64,000 bases of DNA from Eledone cirrhosa (Eukaryota). Position numbers and translations under genes: made by a program. The stretch lies in assembly GCA_964016885.1 (NCBI GenBank), contig OZ024740.1, positions 82,274,001 to 82,338,000 of the forward strand. The letters are read 5' to 3'. Positions 24,745-38,569 of the stretch are shown here, piece by piece (position 1 is the first letter of the stretch; each line of letters begins with the position of its first letter). The notes under the pieces were generated by a model. The model saw only the letters and a list, made by a program, of their open reading frames with translations. It made no database searches and was not told the origin of the DNA.

Positions 24745-27700
24745 ATCAGTGGACAAGAACAACAAATCCTGCAGCTACCACCGAGATTTACCATCTACAA
24801 AAAGATCAACCCTATCGAGTGCAAAACGGAACTGGAAAAGTGTTTCACAAAAATACGTTGGAATGGAAAAGTAAACAACAACAACAATAATAACGATAGT
24901 AGTAATATAAACAATAACTCTGAGTATAGAAATAACAGCTATAATAGTAATAGTCATAACAATAACAATAGTAGGAGAGTGAAAAATAGTAATAATGGTA
25001 ATAATATTAACGATAGACAGAACAACAACAACAACCACAAATAAAACTAATGATAGAAACATTAACTACAGACACAGCAGCAGCGAACACAGTAGTAATA
25101 ACGGTAACAATACGAATAACAACAACAACAACCACAGTGGTAATAATAGAAATAATATAATTAGCAACATTAATTATAGACACAACAACAACAAAAACAA
25201 GAAACATAATAAAAGTAACAACCACAATGGTAGAAATAACAGTAACAACAACAATAACGGTGAAGTAAACAAAAATCACAGCAACAATACATCTATCAAT
25301 CATAACAACAATACACCTAACAATCACAGCAACAATACATCTAACAGTCATAACAACAATACATCTAACAATCACAGCAACAATACATCGAGCAATCATA
25401 ACATTAATAATAATGTTAATGATAGGAACAACAAAAACCACCATGATAACAATAATAGCAACACACACAACTATGACGGTAAATATAATGACAACCCCTT
25501 AGAGAATCTATTCTTCGACTCAGCTGACAAAACATATAAGATGGGTAATATCTATTCTACGAGGTTACCCTTTAATAAAAGGGTTTGCACACCACAAAAA
25601 ATAGATGACGAGACAGAGGCAGAGTTCACCATAGTTCGAAATAAGATTAGACAAATAGTAGACCTGTATACTAAGAGACAGAGTAGACCAGAGGTCCAAC
25701 AACTTGTGAGCAAACCTGTAGAAGGCTTGGTTAGCTTCAAGTAGCGCACAAGGGATGGTGAGGTAGTATGTCTACCGACGGATAAGTCTGGTAGGATGTC
25801 AATAGACAGCATGCCGAACTACATCAAGGCTATGCAACCCCACATCACCAACACGACTGGAGTTGCACAGCAAATACGTGGTGGGGAGAGAGAATATCCT
25901 CAACGCTCACATAATGATGTGGACCGACATCCTAAAGCCAAGCAGACGCACTGCCAACAACTTCCAAGCGTCTAACAGTGGCATACCACCCATGTATGGG
26001 CTCCGCAAAGACCACAAGACAGTCGACGACCCGACAACAGGACCACCAACAAGACCTGTATGCGGAGCAAATATAGCTAGCAACTACAGGATCTCCTTCT
26101 TCCTCTCAATGGTTATACGCCCCATAATCAAGATGTCCCCAGATGTATGTGACAGTACAGAGGACATCTTCAGTAGAATCAGTGAGAGCAACAAAAACAG
26201 GCACCTATCCAACTGCATAATAGGCAGTATCGATGTGGTATCACTGTACCCATCCATTAACATTTATTTTGCTGTGGAAAAATGTGTGGAGATGATCATT
26301 GAGAGTGAGGTGGAGTTCTGCGACGTCGACACAGACGAACTGGACCTCCTACTTAGACTTACCTACGACACTGACTACCTAGACAGCCGTGACATTAGAC
26401 GTTTCTGCCCCAGTAGACCCATAAGATGTAGACCCCCACCATAACCTCAATGGCTAAAAAGACTCCCATGGGAAGGTGGATTGGGTGAACAAAGCTATAC
26501 GGACCCCCCAAAACAATGTTCAGGTAAGACAAATGTCGCACATGCAACAGGGGCTAGTATCAAAAGTACCCTAAAGGGCCACATATTCAAGTTCAATGAG
26601 AAGATCTACACCCAAAATGAGGCAGCAGCCATTGGCGTCAGCATAGCTGGTGACGTTGCCAAACTTTTTATGGTATGGTGGGAAAGGAGACTCAAAGATC
26701 TCCATGATGAGGGCTCCATAGACCTCAACATGTACTCTCGTTACGTAGACGACATCAATATAGTAATAAGAACATCCCCAGAAGAGAGCACTAGCAAGTT
26801 TGATTTCGAACATAGCAAATGGAAAGCATCCAGCAGATAGCTAATTCCATACACCAGAGTATAACTGTAACTATCGACTACCCTTCCAAACACCCTAACA
26901 ATAGACTACCTGTATTAGACACGGAACTCTGGATTAACACTATAGACGAGAGAGCCCAAATTCTCCACTCACACTATGCTAAACCCATGGCCTCCAAATA
27001 CATGATACTCAAAACTCAGCAATGTCCAGTAGTGCTAAGTTTAATATTCTGTTCGCAGACTTGATACGAGTGATGAAGAACGTGCCCCGCATGTGCGACC
27101 CAACAGATATGGAAAGCCACATCGAACACTTCATCAACCGCATGCAGTTCTTTGGCTACAAACCAAAGAGATAGAATCAGAGTATACGAAGGAACCACGG
27201 AGAAGTATAAGACCCTCATAGAACTGGACATAAAAGGAATTTTCCCATTATACAGGAGCAAATCATGGAATAGCTTAGATAGGACTAGACATAAGATAGG
27301 GAAAGCCACCTCATGGTACGATAACCAGGGATACCAGAGTGTCATGTTTGTGGACGCTACCCCTGGAGGGAAATTAGCTAACCAGTGTTGAAAGGCCCTG
27401 AGAAAGATCCACTTAAAGATTACGGTGGTAGAAAAGCCAGGTACCATCATAAAATCCCTGATCAGCAAAACCTACCCTTTTGAGAAAACTTACTGTATTA
27501 ATAGAAATATATCATATGTAAAGTAAACCCCCGGATAAACTGTAAAACTAGAAACGTAGTCTATAGCATAAGATGTACAGAGGTACTTGCAGAAACTTGA
27601 CAACAACATACATAGGCGAGACAGCTCGTAGCATAGGTGAAATGATACACCAACACTGGGGGTAACTAAAAGGACGAAAAAACGGTTCAGTACTATACGA

Positions 27701-28328
27701 ACATGCCAGACAACAACACGACGGTAACATAGACAACATAGTAATTAGGATAATAAAAAGCATATAAATGACCCAGCAGATAGGCAAATCAGAGAGGCCA
27801 GCGAAATAGAACTTAGAAAGCCAAGGCTAAACAGAAAAAAATGGATGGAATAACAACAACACCCAACCAAACAACACTGACCTAAGAGAAGTATAAATAA
27901 ACAAATAAATACATACACAAGCACGATAACAACAAACACATATAAACACACACTAGTAAACTAAGATAGAATACAATAACCGATACACATTCCCCCAAAC
28001 ACGAACACACATCAAACAAAACACTATACACACACGCAAACGGATGCGCAAAGAAGACAAAATAAAATAAACAAATAAATAAATAAATATATAAACAGAC
28101 TAAATAAAGATGGCGTAGGCATACAATGCAACGGGAGGAAACATAATAGCACCGCTGATGATGTTGCAGATGTGCAACGAAAGAACTTTGTTAGACTACA
28201 TATATGTGTTTTTGTCTATATTGTATCTGTACTTTTGACTCTTGGTCAGTCAATGGTAAGATTGAGGACCGAATAAATAAATTAACCGATATAAAGGACA
28301 CAGAAGCGAAAACCAACCAAACAGTGAG
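24745..28328 (+). mobile_element. Large decayed Penelope-like element (RT + C-terminal GIY-YIG), possibly Neptune/Nematis-type
   Basis: Asn-rich N-terminal region, then PTDKSGRM, PPMYGLRKDHK, PPTRPVCGA, GSIDVVSLYPSI, AIGVSIAG, YSRYVDD, DYPSKHPNNRLPVLD, then NCKTRNVVYSIRC...YIGETARS. HHR in the 3' region. Confidence 0.9.
28150..28192 (+). ncRNA. Hammerhead ribozyme (family A') in PLE 3' region
   Basis: CUGAUGA-U-GUUGCA(gaug)UGCAAC-GAAA-G(AA)C-UU. Stem I is weak. Confidence 0.7.
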
Positions 28329-28344
28329 TTTGTTTGTTTGTTTG

Positions 28345-28649
28345 ATAATAAATAAATGGAAAAACTATATTTATAAAACCATATTTATTTTATTATATAT
28401 ATTTCAAGGGTACCAAAACACATTGGTACGCTTTCCTCAGATAAAATACAAAATTTGTTTTATAAATAGAGACATACCCATGAAAATCATAACTTATCGG
28501 TTGGATATTCTCTGGATAGTGGAAATATATTAGGAATTTGTCAAATTTATGGGTGAATATGAAAATGAATATGTAAATAATTTAAAAACAACCGTTTATT
28601 TAAACGACTGTGGAGAGAGAGAGAAGAGATAAGAGGAGAAGGATAAAGT

Positions 28650-28727
<78 letters not shown>

Positions 28728-30435
28728 GAAACAAGAGAAGATGTATAAAAACTCATATAACGTTAATTTGAGGGAAATATATTCTAAGCATATATCTTAA
28801 TAGACGTGTATTTACGATTATTAGTTGTTTAAAATTTGTTTATAATATAATATTTTTCTTCTGTTATAAGTAAATAAATAAATAAATACATAAATAAATA
28901 AATAAATAAATAAATAGATGGGTTTATCATGTTATAGATAATTGTTCTAATGAGTAATGAGGAATATTGGTATTGTATTTAATGTAAATATATATTAAGT
29001 TAAATTAAATTAAATTTACTGAGTTAAGAAGATTATTTATATTTATATGATTTAAAATGAGAAGATACGAAAAAAGGTCCGGTTTAATTTTTTTTTTCGT
29101 TAGTGTGAGACTATTTAGTCAAAATAAGTATAGATGTTGACAGATACATTTAGCCAGAATCAGTTAGTGGTTATAAATCTATTGAAAAAATATTGAAAAA
29201 ATATTGATAAAGTATTGAATAAGTAATGAAAAAATATTGAAAAATTTGAGAAAATTAAAAAAAATTATAATTTATAAGAGATAAGTAATTTTTAAAGTAA
29301 TAAATATTAAAGAAATAAAAGAGATAACAATTATTAAAATTAAGGAGATAAAAATTATTAAAATAAAAAAAATATAATTAGAATTATATACGTATTTATT
29401 TTATGGAACTTTAAGAAGGGGAATTACAGCAAATGTTAGAGATATTATGATTTAGAGAAATCAATATATTAAAACCAAGTGAATGAAATTGTTATGGAAA
29501 TAACTATAAATATTATAAATATAATTATAATTTATATATAATTCTGAATGTTGAACCTGACGATGTCTACAAGAATTAAATAAATTCTTTCTAAGATTAA
29601 TAGAGTTTTTACATTTAAGTATGTAAAAAATTTGCAGAATCTAGATAAGGCTGTGTTTCGGTACGCGGGTGCTTATGAAACTGTTTCCCAAGCTAATGAA
29701 TAGTCCATATTCTTGCATTTTAAGTTCAATATCAGGTTTGAAAGAGAAGTTGAAATTTTTTTATAAAATCTTCGGAAAGAACAATTGTGTTTATTCCAAC
29801 GACTTTTAAATTCTGTAGCGGTTGCACCGACATAGTTAAATATATTATCACTACTTTTAACTGTGCATTTATAGACCACGTTTTTATCTAAACACTTATT
29901 TTGTAAAGGACTGTTTGATTTAATTCTACAGTTACATTTTGCTGAGTTGTTCGGAACGGTACTATTATGTTGGATATTGCTAGAACTATTACTGCTATTT
30001 GGGTTGTTTTGATTAGGGTTTAAATTTCTATTATTAATTCTATTTATATTTTGTGCTATGTTCATAGTAGTAGAGTAGGATAGTTTTATAGTATGTTTGT
30101 TAAAGATTGAGTGGTATCTGTGGGCTTTAGGAAAACATTTATCTAGTACTTTAAATAATAGCTTTGCTAAAGGTGTTTTTACGCTTAATTAGAATGGGGG
30201 TGAGTACCAAATAATATTTCTAATTCTAGTTCTCTTAGTTTTAGAGTTTAAGTTAATTTTTTTATTATTATTACAATTAATAGTAGGGTTTAGTAATAGT
30301 AATAGTAATAGTAATAGTAGGGTTTAGTAATAGTAATATCAGTGAATATTTACTCCACTAGACTGTTGAGTGCTCTAAATCAGTAATAAACATCTATATT
30401 TGTCGGACTTCCAACAAATTATATATCCCTTCTAC
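28345..30435 (-). mobile_element. 5'-truncated Naiad-like PLE (GIY-YIG end plus long AT-rich 3' region, family E) with an inverted terminal piece
   Basis: IIWYSPPF...IFNKHTIKLSYST, then ORF 29673-30065 KCNCR...KCLDKNVVYKC...NYVGATATEFKSRWNKH. 30347-30430 matches the family E terminus in the opposite orientation. Confidence 0.8.
28386..28448 (-). ncRNA. Hammerhead ribozyme (family E)
   Basis: Minus strand reads UAUUUUAU-CUGAGGA-AAGCGUACCAA...UUGGUACCCUU-GAAA-UAUAUAU-A-AUAAAAUA. Confidence 0.8.
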
Positions 30436-30510
30436 TTATATATATATATATTTTTTTTTTCTAGCATTGATATGCATCTGTATGTATATATATGTTACTA
30501 GATATTAATT

Positions 30511-30586
<76 letters not shown>

Positions 30587-31049
30587 TTATATAACGTATT
30601 TTTGAATTTTTGTAAAATACTGAATTTCCTATACTATAATTCGATGAAGGTTTATTCCAGATTAATGAAGAATGTTTGTTATTTCAATTTTTAGAATATG
30701 ACACCGCCAACAAGATATTCTTAAAATTATGCATAACTATATGAGTGCTATGAGGTTCTGGTACCTTCTAGGGCATCCTGTATCTTTCTAGAAATATATT
30801 GAAACTTCTAGAACCTTCTGAAAATTTATGACGTGCATTTTGTGGAACTATATATGTGTGAGTGCTGATGGGGTTGTCATTTAGATAATGTGAATGTGAA
30901 AAGTGTGTTGGGTTGGCAATAATTTTTTTTGCAGGGTATATATGATTCCTGATTTTGAAAACAAGCTGTTAATTTAATGAAAGATTTCCAAGTATTCATT
31001 TTCATGTATAATGTCTAAAGAAAAATGCTTCTACCATTGAATGAATCTG

Positions 31050-32025
31050 GACGAAGAATCTCATAAGATTTCACGAAACACATGAGAAAAAAAGACCTGT
31101 TCCACAAGAACATTCATTGGAAAACAAAAGCAGGATACCACTTTAAATACAAATTGTTGTCGCTCTCTTATCCTTGGGCCATCCATCATAGGAAGAAATG
31201 AAACGCATAAAGTTTATGGCAAACGAAATTAAATTTTACGAATTTATCAACTCAAATCATACAAGCAGAACTGGGTCAACTGCTAAACACCTACGATGAA
31301 TGTATGAAACGTGGAAAATATGATCCACTGAATAACATTTTTGACATCACAAAAGAAAAATCAAGAATGGCTGGTAGTGAGGACAGAGGGTTATATCAAC
31401 TTCAGATCGAAGACAAAGGGTATGTTGGATATACAACTGAAAAGACTGCGAGTCCCAAAGTTATTCATCTATCCAAAAGAAGAAAAGTGACACTGGAGCA
31501 AACTACAACAAAAACCCCACCCTCCGAATCAGAGACCCTATCAGAGAGTGAATATGAAGAGTTCGAAAGTTCTGTAGAACAATCTACAAGTATGAGAAAG
31601 AACTATAGCTAAACTAAAACTGCAATCAAATAAGTAACATCTTCAAACGTATCATCCAACAAAGTAGCAAATGTTTGTCAGCAGTTATCTCAAGAAGGGA
31701 TTGATGGTGAGACAGTTTCCCAATCTATTATTAGAGAAGCTGTTAAACTAAAAGAAGAAACGAAGAAAACACTACAGTTAGAAAATTGGTCATTGTATTT
31801 TGATGGTAAACAAATTGATGGCCAAGTATCAAGTTCTTGTTTTGAAGAATGAAAGAAAAGAAGTTTAGTTAGAAGCATTAGCTCTAGCAAATGGAAATGT
31901 AGATACTGTGGTCAAAGGAATAATAGCTGTTCTGGGGAAATGCAGTTTATGGAAGAGCATAAAAATAATTGTTGCGAACACAACGAATATGGACACTAGG
32001 AGTAGGAATGGGAATGTCATTCAGT
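31050..32025 (+). pseudogene. DNA transposase relic, Sola2-like DDE
   Basis: WSLYFDGK...VLVLKNE...GNVDTVVKGII...IIVANTTNMDTRSRNG resembles the HWDGK...DTTxxNTG pattern. ORF 31304-31612 is an upstream part. Confidence 0.55.
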
Positions 32026-32029
32026 ACGT

Positions 32030-33670
32030 GACACGTGTATCGTGAACGCATCGCATACTTGCCTGTTGCTCCACAGTCACTGAATTTTCTCGGAACTCTC
32101 AAGTTTCGGCTTCCTCACTTCAGTGCTTTAGCACCTTTCGGCTTCAAGTTTGCACTTTTGTCGAATTTGCCGTTTTGAATGCATGCACGCACACACACGG
32201 CATCCATCTCGGCACTTCTTTGTTTCAGTGCATCCCAGGAACTCAGGGATCCTTTTTCAATTTTCGACACCCTCTCTCAACCTTCCACTCCACGGGAGTT
32301 TGACTGGTGCCACTCGTGCGCCACGTGCAACAGGCGCAAGTGAGAGGAAGGAACTGCTTCAACTGCAACGGCTTCTTGCACCTCTCTTGCGTTAAACTCA
32401 CAAGACGTGCGTCAGATTCTTTGCACCGGTGCACTGTTCATCATGCCTATCAACCCCGACAACACAGGTGGTCACGGGTGTCTGATCCAGCGGGTACCAG
32501 AAGCCGCTCGACGCGGACGAGGGTCTGGGGGTAGTCTCTTGCCTCAGGCAGTCACGGTGAGTCATCACCAAGATTCTCAGGTCTGCCCGCACAACCATGG
32601 CTGAAGCGCTAGCGACTCCAATACACCGAGCGCTTGACTCGGGCGATCCATGGGACTGGAGAGGACTATTCAATTTTTCTCCTCTCGTACTTGGAAACCC
32701 GTTGGTGGAGAATCCAAAGGTGAGAGACAGATCTGTCCCCTTCCTGGCTTCGAGGCTCAAGAGCAATGTCGCCTCTGTCTGCGGCCCTTCTCCTGCGAAT
32801 CTCTTGGCACTATCTTGCTGCCTACCAGTGCCAACACAATGCCACCAGTCCACCCATGACAGCACAAAACGTCTCCGGGACACAGTCAAACTGAAACTAA
32901 TTCAAGGCGACGTTAGAACGGCTGTTCCTGTGCTGGCCTCAAGCGACGCTGTACTCCAACCAACACCGGATGTTTTGTCAGTGCTCCGCCTCAAATATCC
33001 GGACCCTCCTGTCGACATAAGGGATGCTCCAGCCCCCGCCAGCAATCTGCCTATGACAGCGTCCAGCGAGGACATCGTAGCCGCCCTAAGATATTTTCCC
33101 GGTAGCAGCAATGGCGTAGACGGCTTGCGCCCCGATTACTTCCGAGACCTCATCTCGTCTCACGCAGCGGAAGCAGGGGCCCGACTGCTCCAATCATTAA
33201 TAGCCCTCATCAACTATCTCCACCGCGCTAACTTCCCCAGCCATGCCCGCAATTGTTTTTTCTCAGTCAGCTTGACCGCCCTGAGAAAGAATGGTGGAAG
33301 CGTCCGCCTCATCGCGGTAGGTAACATCTTCCGACGACTTGCAGCCACGATATATTGCAAATCACTCAAAGATGACTTGAACGAGGTTCTAAGCCCTGTC
33401 AAGCTCGGAGTGGGAATCAAGTGCAGTTGCGAGGCCGCAGCTCATGCGGCCAGACACTTCATATAGCATGCGCCTCCCTCGTGACCCAAACTCCTCGTAA
33501 AGCTGGACATGACTAACGGCTTCAACAGCGTTAGACGGAATCACGTCCTGGAGACATGTCTCAGACGAGTCTCATCCATCTACCACCTCGTTCATCTTTC
33601 GTACGGAAGAACCAGCTCTTTCATAGCCGCTTTCATTCCGCCACACGTCTCTAGTAGGGGCTTCCACTCG
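32030..33670 (+). mobile_element. CRE-clade non-LTR retrotransposon fragment with N-terminal PHD-like finger
   Basis: GC-rich island with CATC...CFNCNGFLHLSCVKL...CSSC (frameshifted), then SSNGVDGLRP, SLTALRKNGGSVRLIAVGNIFRRL, LGVGIKCSCEAAAHAAR, KLDMTNGFNSVRR. The RT core is truncated. Confidence 0.8.
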
Positions 33671-33791
33671 AGCTAAAACAAATTAACGCCTTTTTTATAA
33701 CTTTTATACAAAAGTTCATCGATTTGTGATACAGGAACATTGGGTTACAAAATCGTTATATGTAGTATATATATGCATATACGCGCACACT

Positions 33792-33888
<97 letters not shown>

Positions 33889-35043
33889 GATAATAAGGGC
33901 GCTGCGGAGTTGCAAATGGGTTACATATGAAAAAAGTTTGTCCTTCATCAGTGATCTTCCAACTATCATAGTTATTTCATCGCTTTAAAGACCATATACC
34001 TCCGGTTGGTGCGAGCAGCGGCTAAAAAAAGTCGTTGGGACACGTAAATAAAGGGGACGCGAGGGTAAACAAACAAAATGGTGAGGCAACAGAAAATGAG
34101 GAAGGAGGAAACAAGTCCCAGATTTCTATGAATTTAAGTTCGGTGAAATCGTGAACGTGAGAATAAAGACCATCAAACCTGGTTGAAATGTGAGCAAGGA
34201 AGGAATTTCGCACAGGTCTAACGGGAGGAAGAAGGGGTCTGGTCTGCGAATTCGGTAAACATAAGTTCTGTGAAATATATATATACATACACTTATACAC
34301 ACACACACACACACTTGTATGTGTATTTGTATATATGTATATGTATATATATGCATGTGTATGTATAGAAATATACATATATATGTGCGTGTATGTACGT
34401 ATGTGTGTGTCTGTGTGTGTGTGTGTATATGTTTGTGTATATGTATATGTGTGTGTACTTATGTGTATATGCACATGTATGTGTGTGTGTGTGTGTATGT
34501 TGATCTATATAGGCATGTGGCTATGTGTCTGTGTGTGCACGTGCCTCTCTCGATGCATGTATGCGTATATTTATATGTTCTCCTTAAATGTGTATATAGC
34601 GAGCGACTATGCGTATGACTGTCATTATCTCTGTGCCTGTGTGTGTGTGTGCGCGCGTGGGTGTGTGAACAACCAAACACAGCAGTAATTTATTGAAGTG
34701 TAGCAGATGTGTGACAGCTAACGCTCTGATGATCAGAGGTCTGGTAGCTGTTTCCAGAATTATGGTTACGTCAATAACCAGCGGCCAATCACAGGACGCG
34801 CGAAGAGGATGAAGTGTTTGACGGTACGGGCCCAGAGGGTCAGATACCTTAGTGAGAGAATATGCTCCGAAATCATTAGACGTGTCCGTCGAACCCGCGG
34901 GTCCAGAATCAAACAGATCCACATAATGATCGCGTCTCGAGCTCTCCGCCGGGGAAACAATTGTAACACACAATAAATTGAGTTCATTTGCATCACTGAT
35001 TTTGCGTTTTCTATTCTCTCTCTCTCTATATATATATATACAC

Positions 35044-35124
<81 letters not shown>

Positions 35125-35950
35125 TGCCGATATAAATATTTTGATATATTGGGACGTAGAGAAATATTTAGATACAATCAAAATGATATCATAAATAACC
35201 ATAATCATATTGTTAATTGAAATTCATTCGCGTAATTAAAAATGCATATAATGATTTTGGTGAAAGTCATCTATGTGAAAAGACAAGAGGAAAATGAATA
35301 AGCTGTATTATACGGTTGAAGTATTTAGTTCATTAGTTGAATATAGACGTAAATTACTAGGAAAAATAAACACGTTAAACGAGAAGTTGAATAGACAAAG
35401 ATTTGAAATATGAGCGTACTGTGCATGACTGTTGCATTCTGTGTGCGCAGACAAACTGAGCTCTGTGTATATGTGTGTGCTCTAGTTGCCTGAGGCCCGT
35501 GTTATGTTATATTGTTTCCTATTTTACTTTCTTGTTGATTCGTGCTGCTATGTCACATATATATGGTGGTGTGTGATGCGCGCCTGGGTTCATGCAGTTT
35601 TATTACAAAGCACACAAAGGACGGCTTAGCGGAAATTCCCCAGGCAAGATTTATTGAAATTCAAAACAACAATACCAAATTTGGCAACAGCCGAGGAATA
35701 TTATGTTTTTCAATTTTGATATTTGAAAACTCTTGTGATAATAGGAATGTTATCAAAATAAAATTGAAGAAAAATAACGTCGTTTTATTCACCAAGGGAT
35801 TGTCGAATCTAGTGTATACGTTCTGTATCATGTACTAAAATGCTGTGATCTTACATAGAAATATATAATCTGCTACTCACTCTCACACACACAAACACAC
35901 ACACCCACTTACACACACACACACACACACACACATACGCACGCACACAT

Positions 35951-36063
<113 letters not shown>

Positions 36064-36451
36064 TAAACATATATATAAATATATAGTAATAGTAATAAAT
36101 GTGAAGACTAAAATCCAAAGAGGGCTCTATAAATATATATATATTAAACTCTTACCACCACTGTTGGTAAGGCAAGGTCAGCATCAAGAGAGAAAGAAAG
36201 AAAATTATAGACAAAAATGTGAACTGTTCTCCCTAAATATGTATGTAAAAAGAAATGTTTTACCCCATATTCTGAATATTCTTATTAATATACAATTTAA
36301 CTGCATTATACATTTCCGTCTTTGAAAAAGCGTATAAGCTAAAACCGCTACAATTAAATGCGGAAATTCCTATTTTGTAAATAAATGTTCCTATATTATT
36401 CTGAGAGAAAATCCCCTTAGCATTTTCTACTGATTATGAATATATATATGA

Positions 36452-36483
<32 letters not shown>

Positions 36484-36688
36484 TATATTTATATAAATAT
36501 TTCGTTTCTGAATTTGTTTAGCAAGATTCGTGTGTTGAAACCGATATTGTTATACTTTGGTAGGGTCATGTTGCCAATAAGGAACACACGCACCAGTCGT
36601 TTCACTTCAATTTATTATAATAAATTTATAAATTTAGGAATTTATAAATTTCCGGTTGGTTCCACAACCAGATGATTGTTTATATATT

Positions 36689-36731
36689 GTCAAAGGTCTT
36701 TCGTCACACATTCTGTGACCTCTTCAGTGCC
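36689..36731 (-). ncRNA. Hammerhead ribozyme (family A)
   Basis: Minus strand reads GGCA-CUGAAGA-G-GUCACA(gaaug)UGUGAC-GAAA-GACC-UU-UGAC. Confidence 0.7.
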
Positions 36732-36793
36732 TGGGGATTCTTTTCTTCTCTTTTTTCTTCTCTTCTTTTTTGTTCTTCTCTTCTTCTTCCCCA

Positions 36794-36836
36794 GTCACTG
36801 AAGAGGTCACGGAATGTGTGACGAAAGAACTTTGAC
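36794..36836 (+). ncRNA. Hammerhead ribozyme (family A)
   Basis: GUCA-CUGAAGA-G-GUCACG(gaaug)UGUGAC-GAAA-G(AA)C-UU-UGAC. Confidence 0.8.
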
Positions 36837-36978
36837 AATATATAAACAATCATTTGGTTGTGGAACCAACCGGAAATTAATAAATTCCTAAAATTATAAA
36901 TTTATTATAATAAATTGAAGTGAAACATTTGGTGCGTGTGTTTCTTATTGGCAACATGACCCTCCCAAATTATAACTA

Positions 36979-37442
<464 letters not shown>

Positions 37443-37888
37443 AATTTAGGAAAATAATCAGAGAAGACAAAATAGTTAACCAAGACAAATCAAAATGAAA
37501 CACAATGTAGGGGAGGGGAGCCTTAAGAAATTATTTCTGATAAGAAAAGTGTTTTCAGTCGTTGTGATGGAATTTAGTAATTTCGAACCTTACCAACGGT
37601 TCTGCTCGTCCACCCAGGGTCAAGGTTTCGGACGCAACTGAGAGGAAAGAAAAAAATAATTCATAGCAATTAAGCTAAAACATATATATATATATATATC
37701 TACGGAGATGTATCCGATTTGACTCTGGTTTGACATACATGCTACACTTCACTTCAACTATGTTATGTTAAGCGTAGTTGATATGTATATTATAAGAAGC
37801 AAACATGAAGTAAATTTGTTTTACTGATGTGTAATAGACAATGCTGCAAAGGTTATGTTCGATTTCACACTCAAGGTTCTCATCTTGA

Positions 37889-37952
<64 letters not shown>

Positions 37953-37955
<3 letters not shown>

Positions 37956-38500
37956 GGAAAATAATGAAATGAAATTTCATTTCCCACTCTTAGTACAGTT
38001 GATACTTAAATGTAAATATGTATACGTACATACATATATGTATACAGACGTACGGCTGTATGTATATACATACATGCACACATATATATATATGTACGTA
38101 TGGGTTTACCGAACATTTATTATAATATTCGGTTTGTTTTTAAAAAAAACAGCCCGAATTAAGCCGTACTGTGTTCGGCAACCATCGTCGCGCTTTTATT
38201 CAACACTGAGAAAGGAACGATGTACTAGTTTCAAGCTTATTAGCTATCGTCAGAATCGTATACCTCCTGCCAGATGATTGAACGTTTGAAAGTATATACT
38301 TTCCTTATGCATATTAACGGCTGAGCAGCTTAATTTGCAAATCGAGTGAGTTAGTCGGCCGGGCGTACCGAAAACGATAAATGGAAAAGAATGAAATGAA
38401 ATTTCATTTCTCACTTTTGGTACAGCTGATACTTAAATGTAAATATATATATGCATATACATATAAGTATGCAGACGTACATTAGTATGTATATATATAC
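37953..38500 (-). mobile_element. Family B HHR repeat, ~1.25 units
   Basis: aatggaaaa...atgaaatttcatttc occurs at ~37953 and ~38380 (427 nt period). Confidence 0.8.
38217..38259 (-). ncRNA. Hammerhead ribozyme (family B), intact core
   Basis: Minus strand reads ACGAUU-CUGACGA-U-AGCU(aaua)AGCU-U-GAAA-CUAG-UA-CAUCGU. Confidence 0.75.
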
Positions 38501-38569
38501 TTGCATGCACACATATATATGCATATATATGTATATATGCATATTAACGGCTGAGCATATATATATACA

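Larger units (their letters stand above)
36500..36978. mobile_element. Back-to-back inverted pair of family A PLE termini, each with an HHR
   Basis: ~36548-36736 is the reverse complement of ~36789-36975, separated by a (TTC)-rich spacer. It matches 620-812. Confidence 0.85.

Noticed and set aside
34714-34757. CTGATGA within a small hairpin (acagcta...tagctgt)
   Set aside because: No GAAA box on the same strand.
37564-37620. Minus-strand GUGG-ACGA-GCA-GAACC...GGUUC-GAAA
   Set aside because: It requires assuming deletion of CUG, and it is a single copy, so it was not counted.
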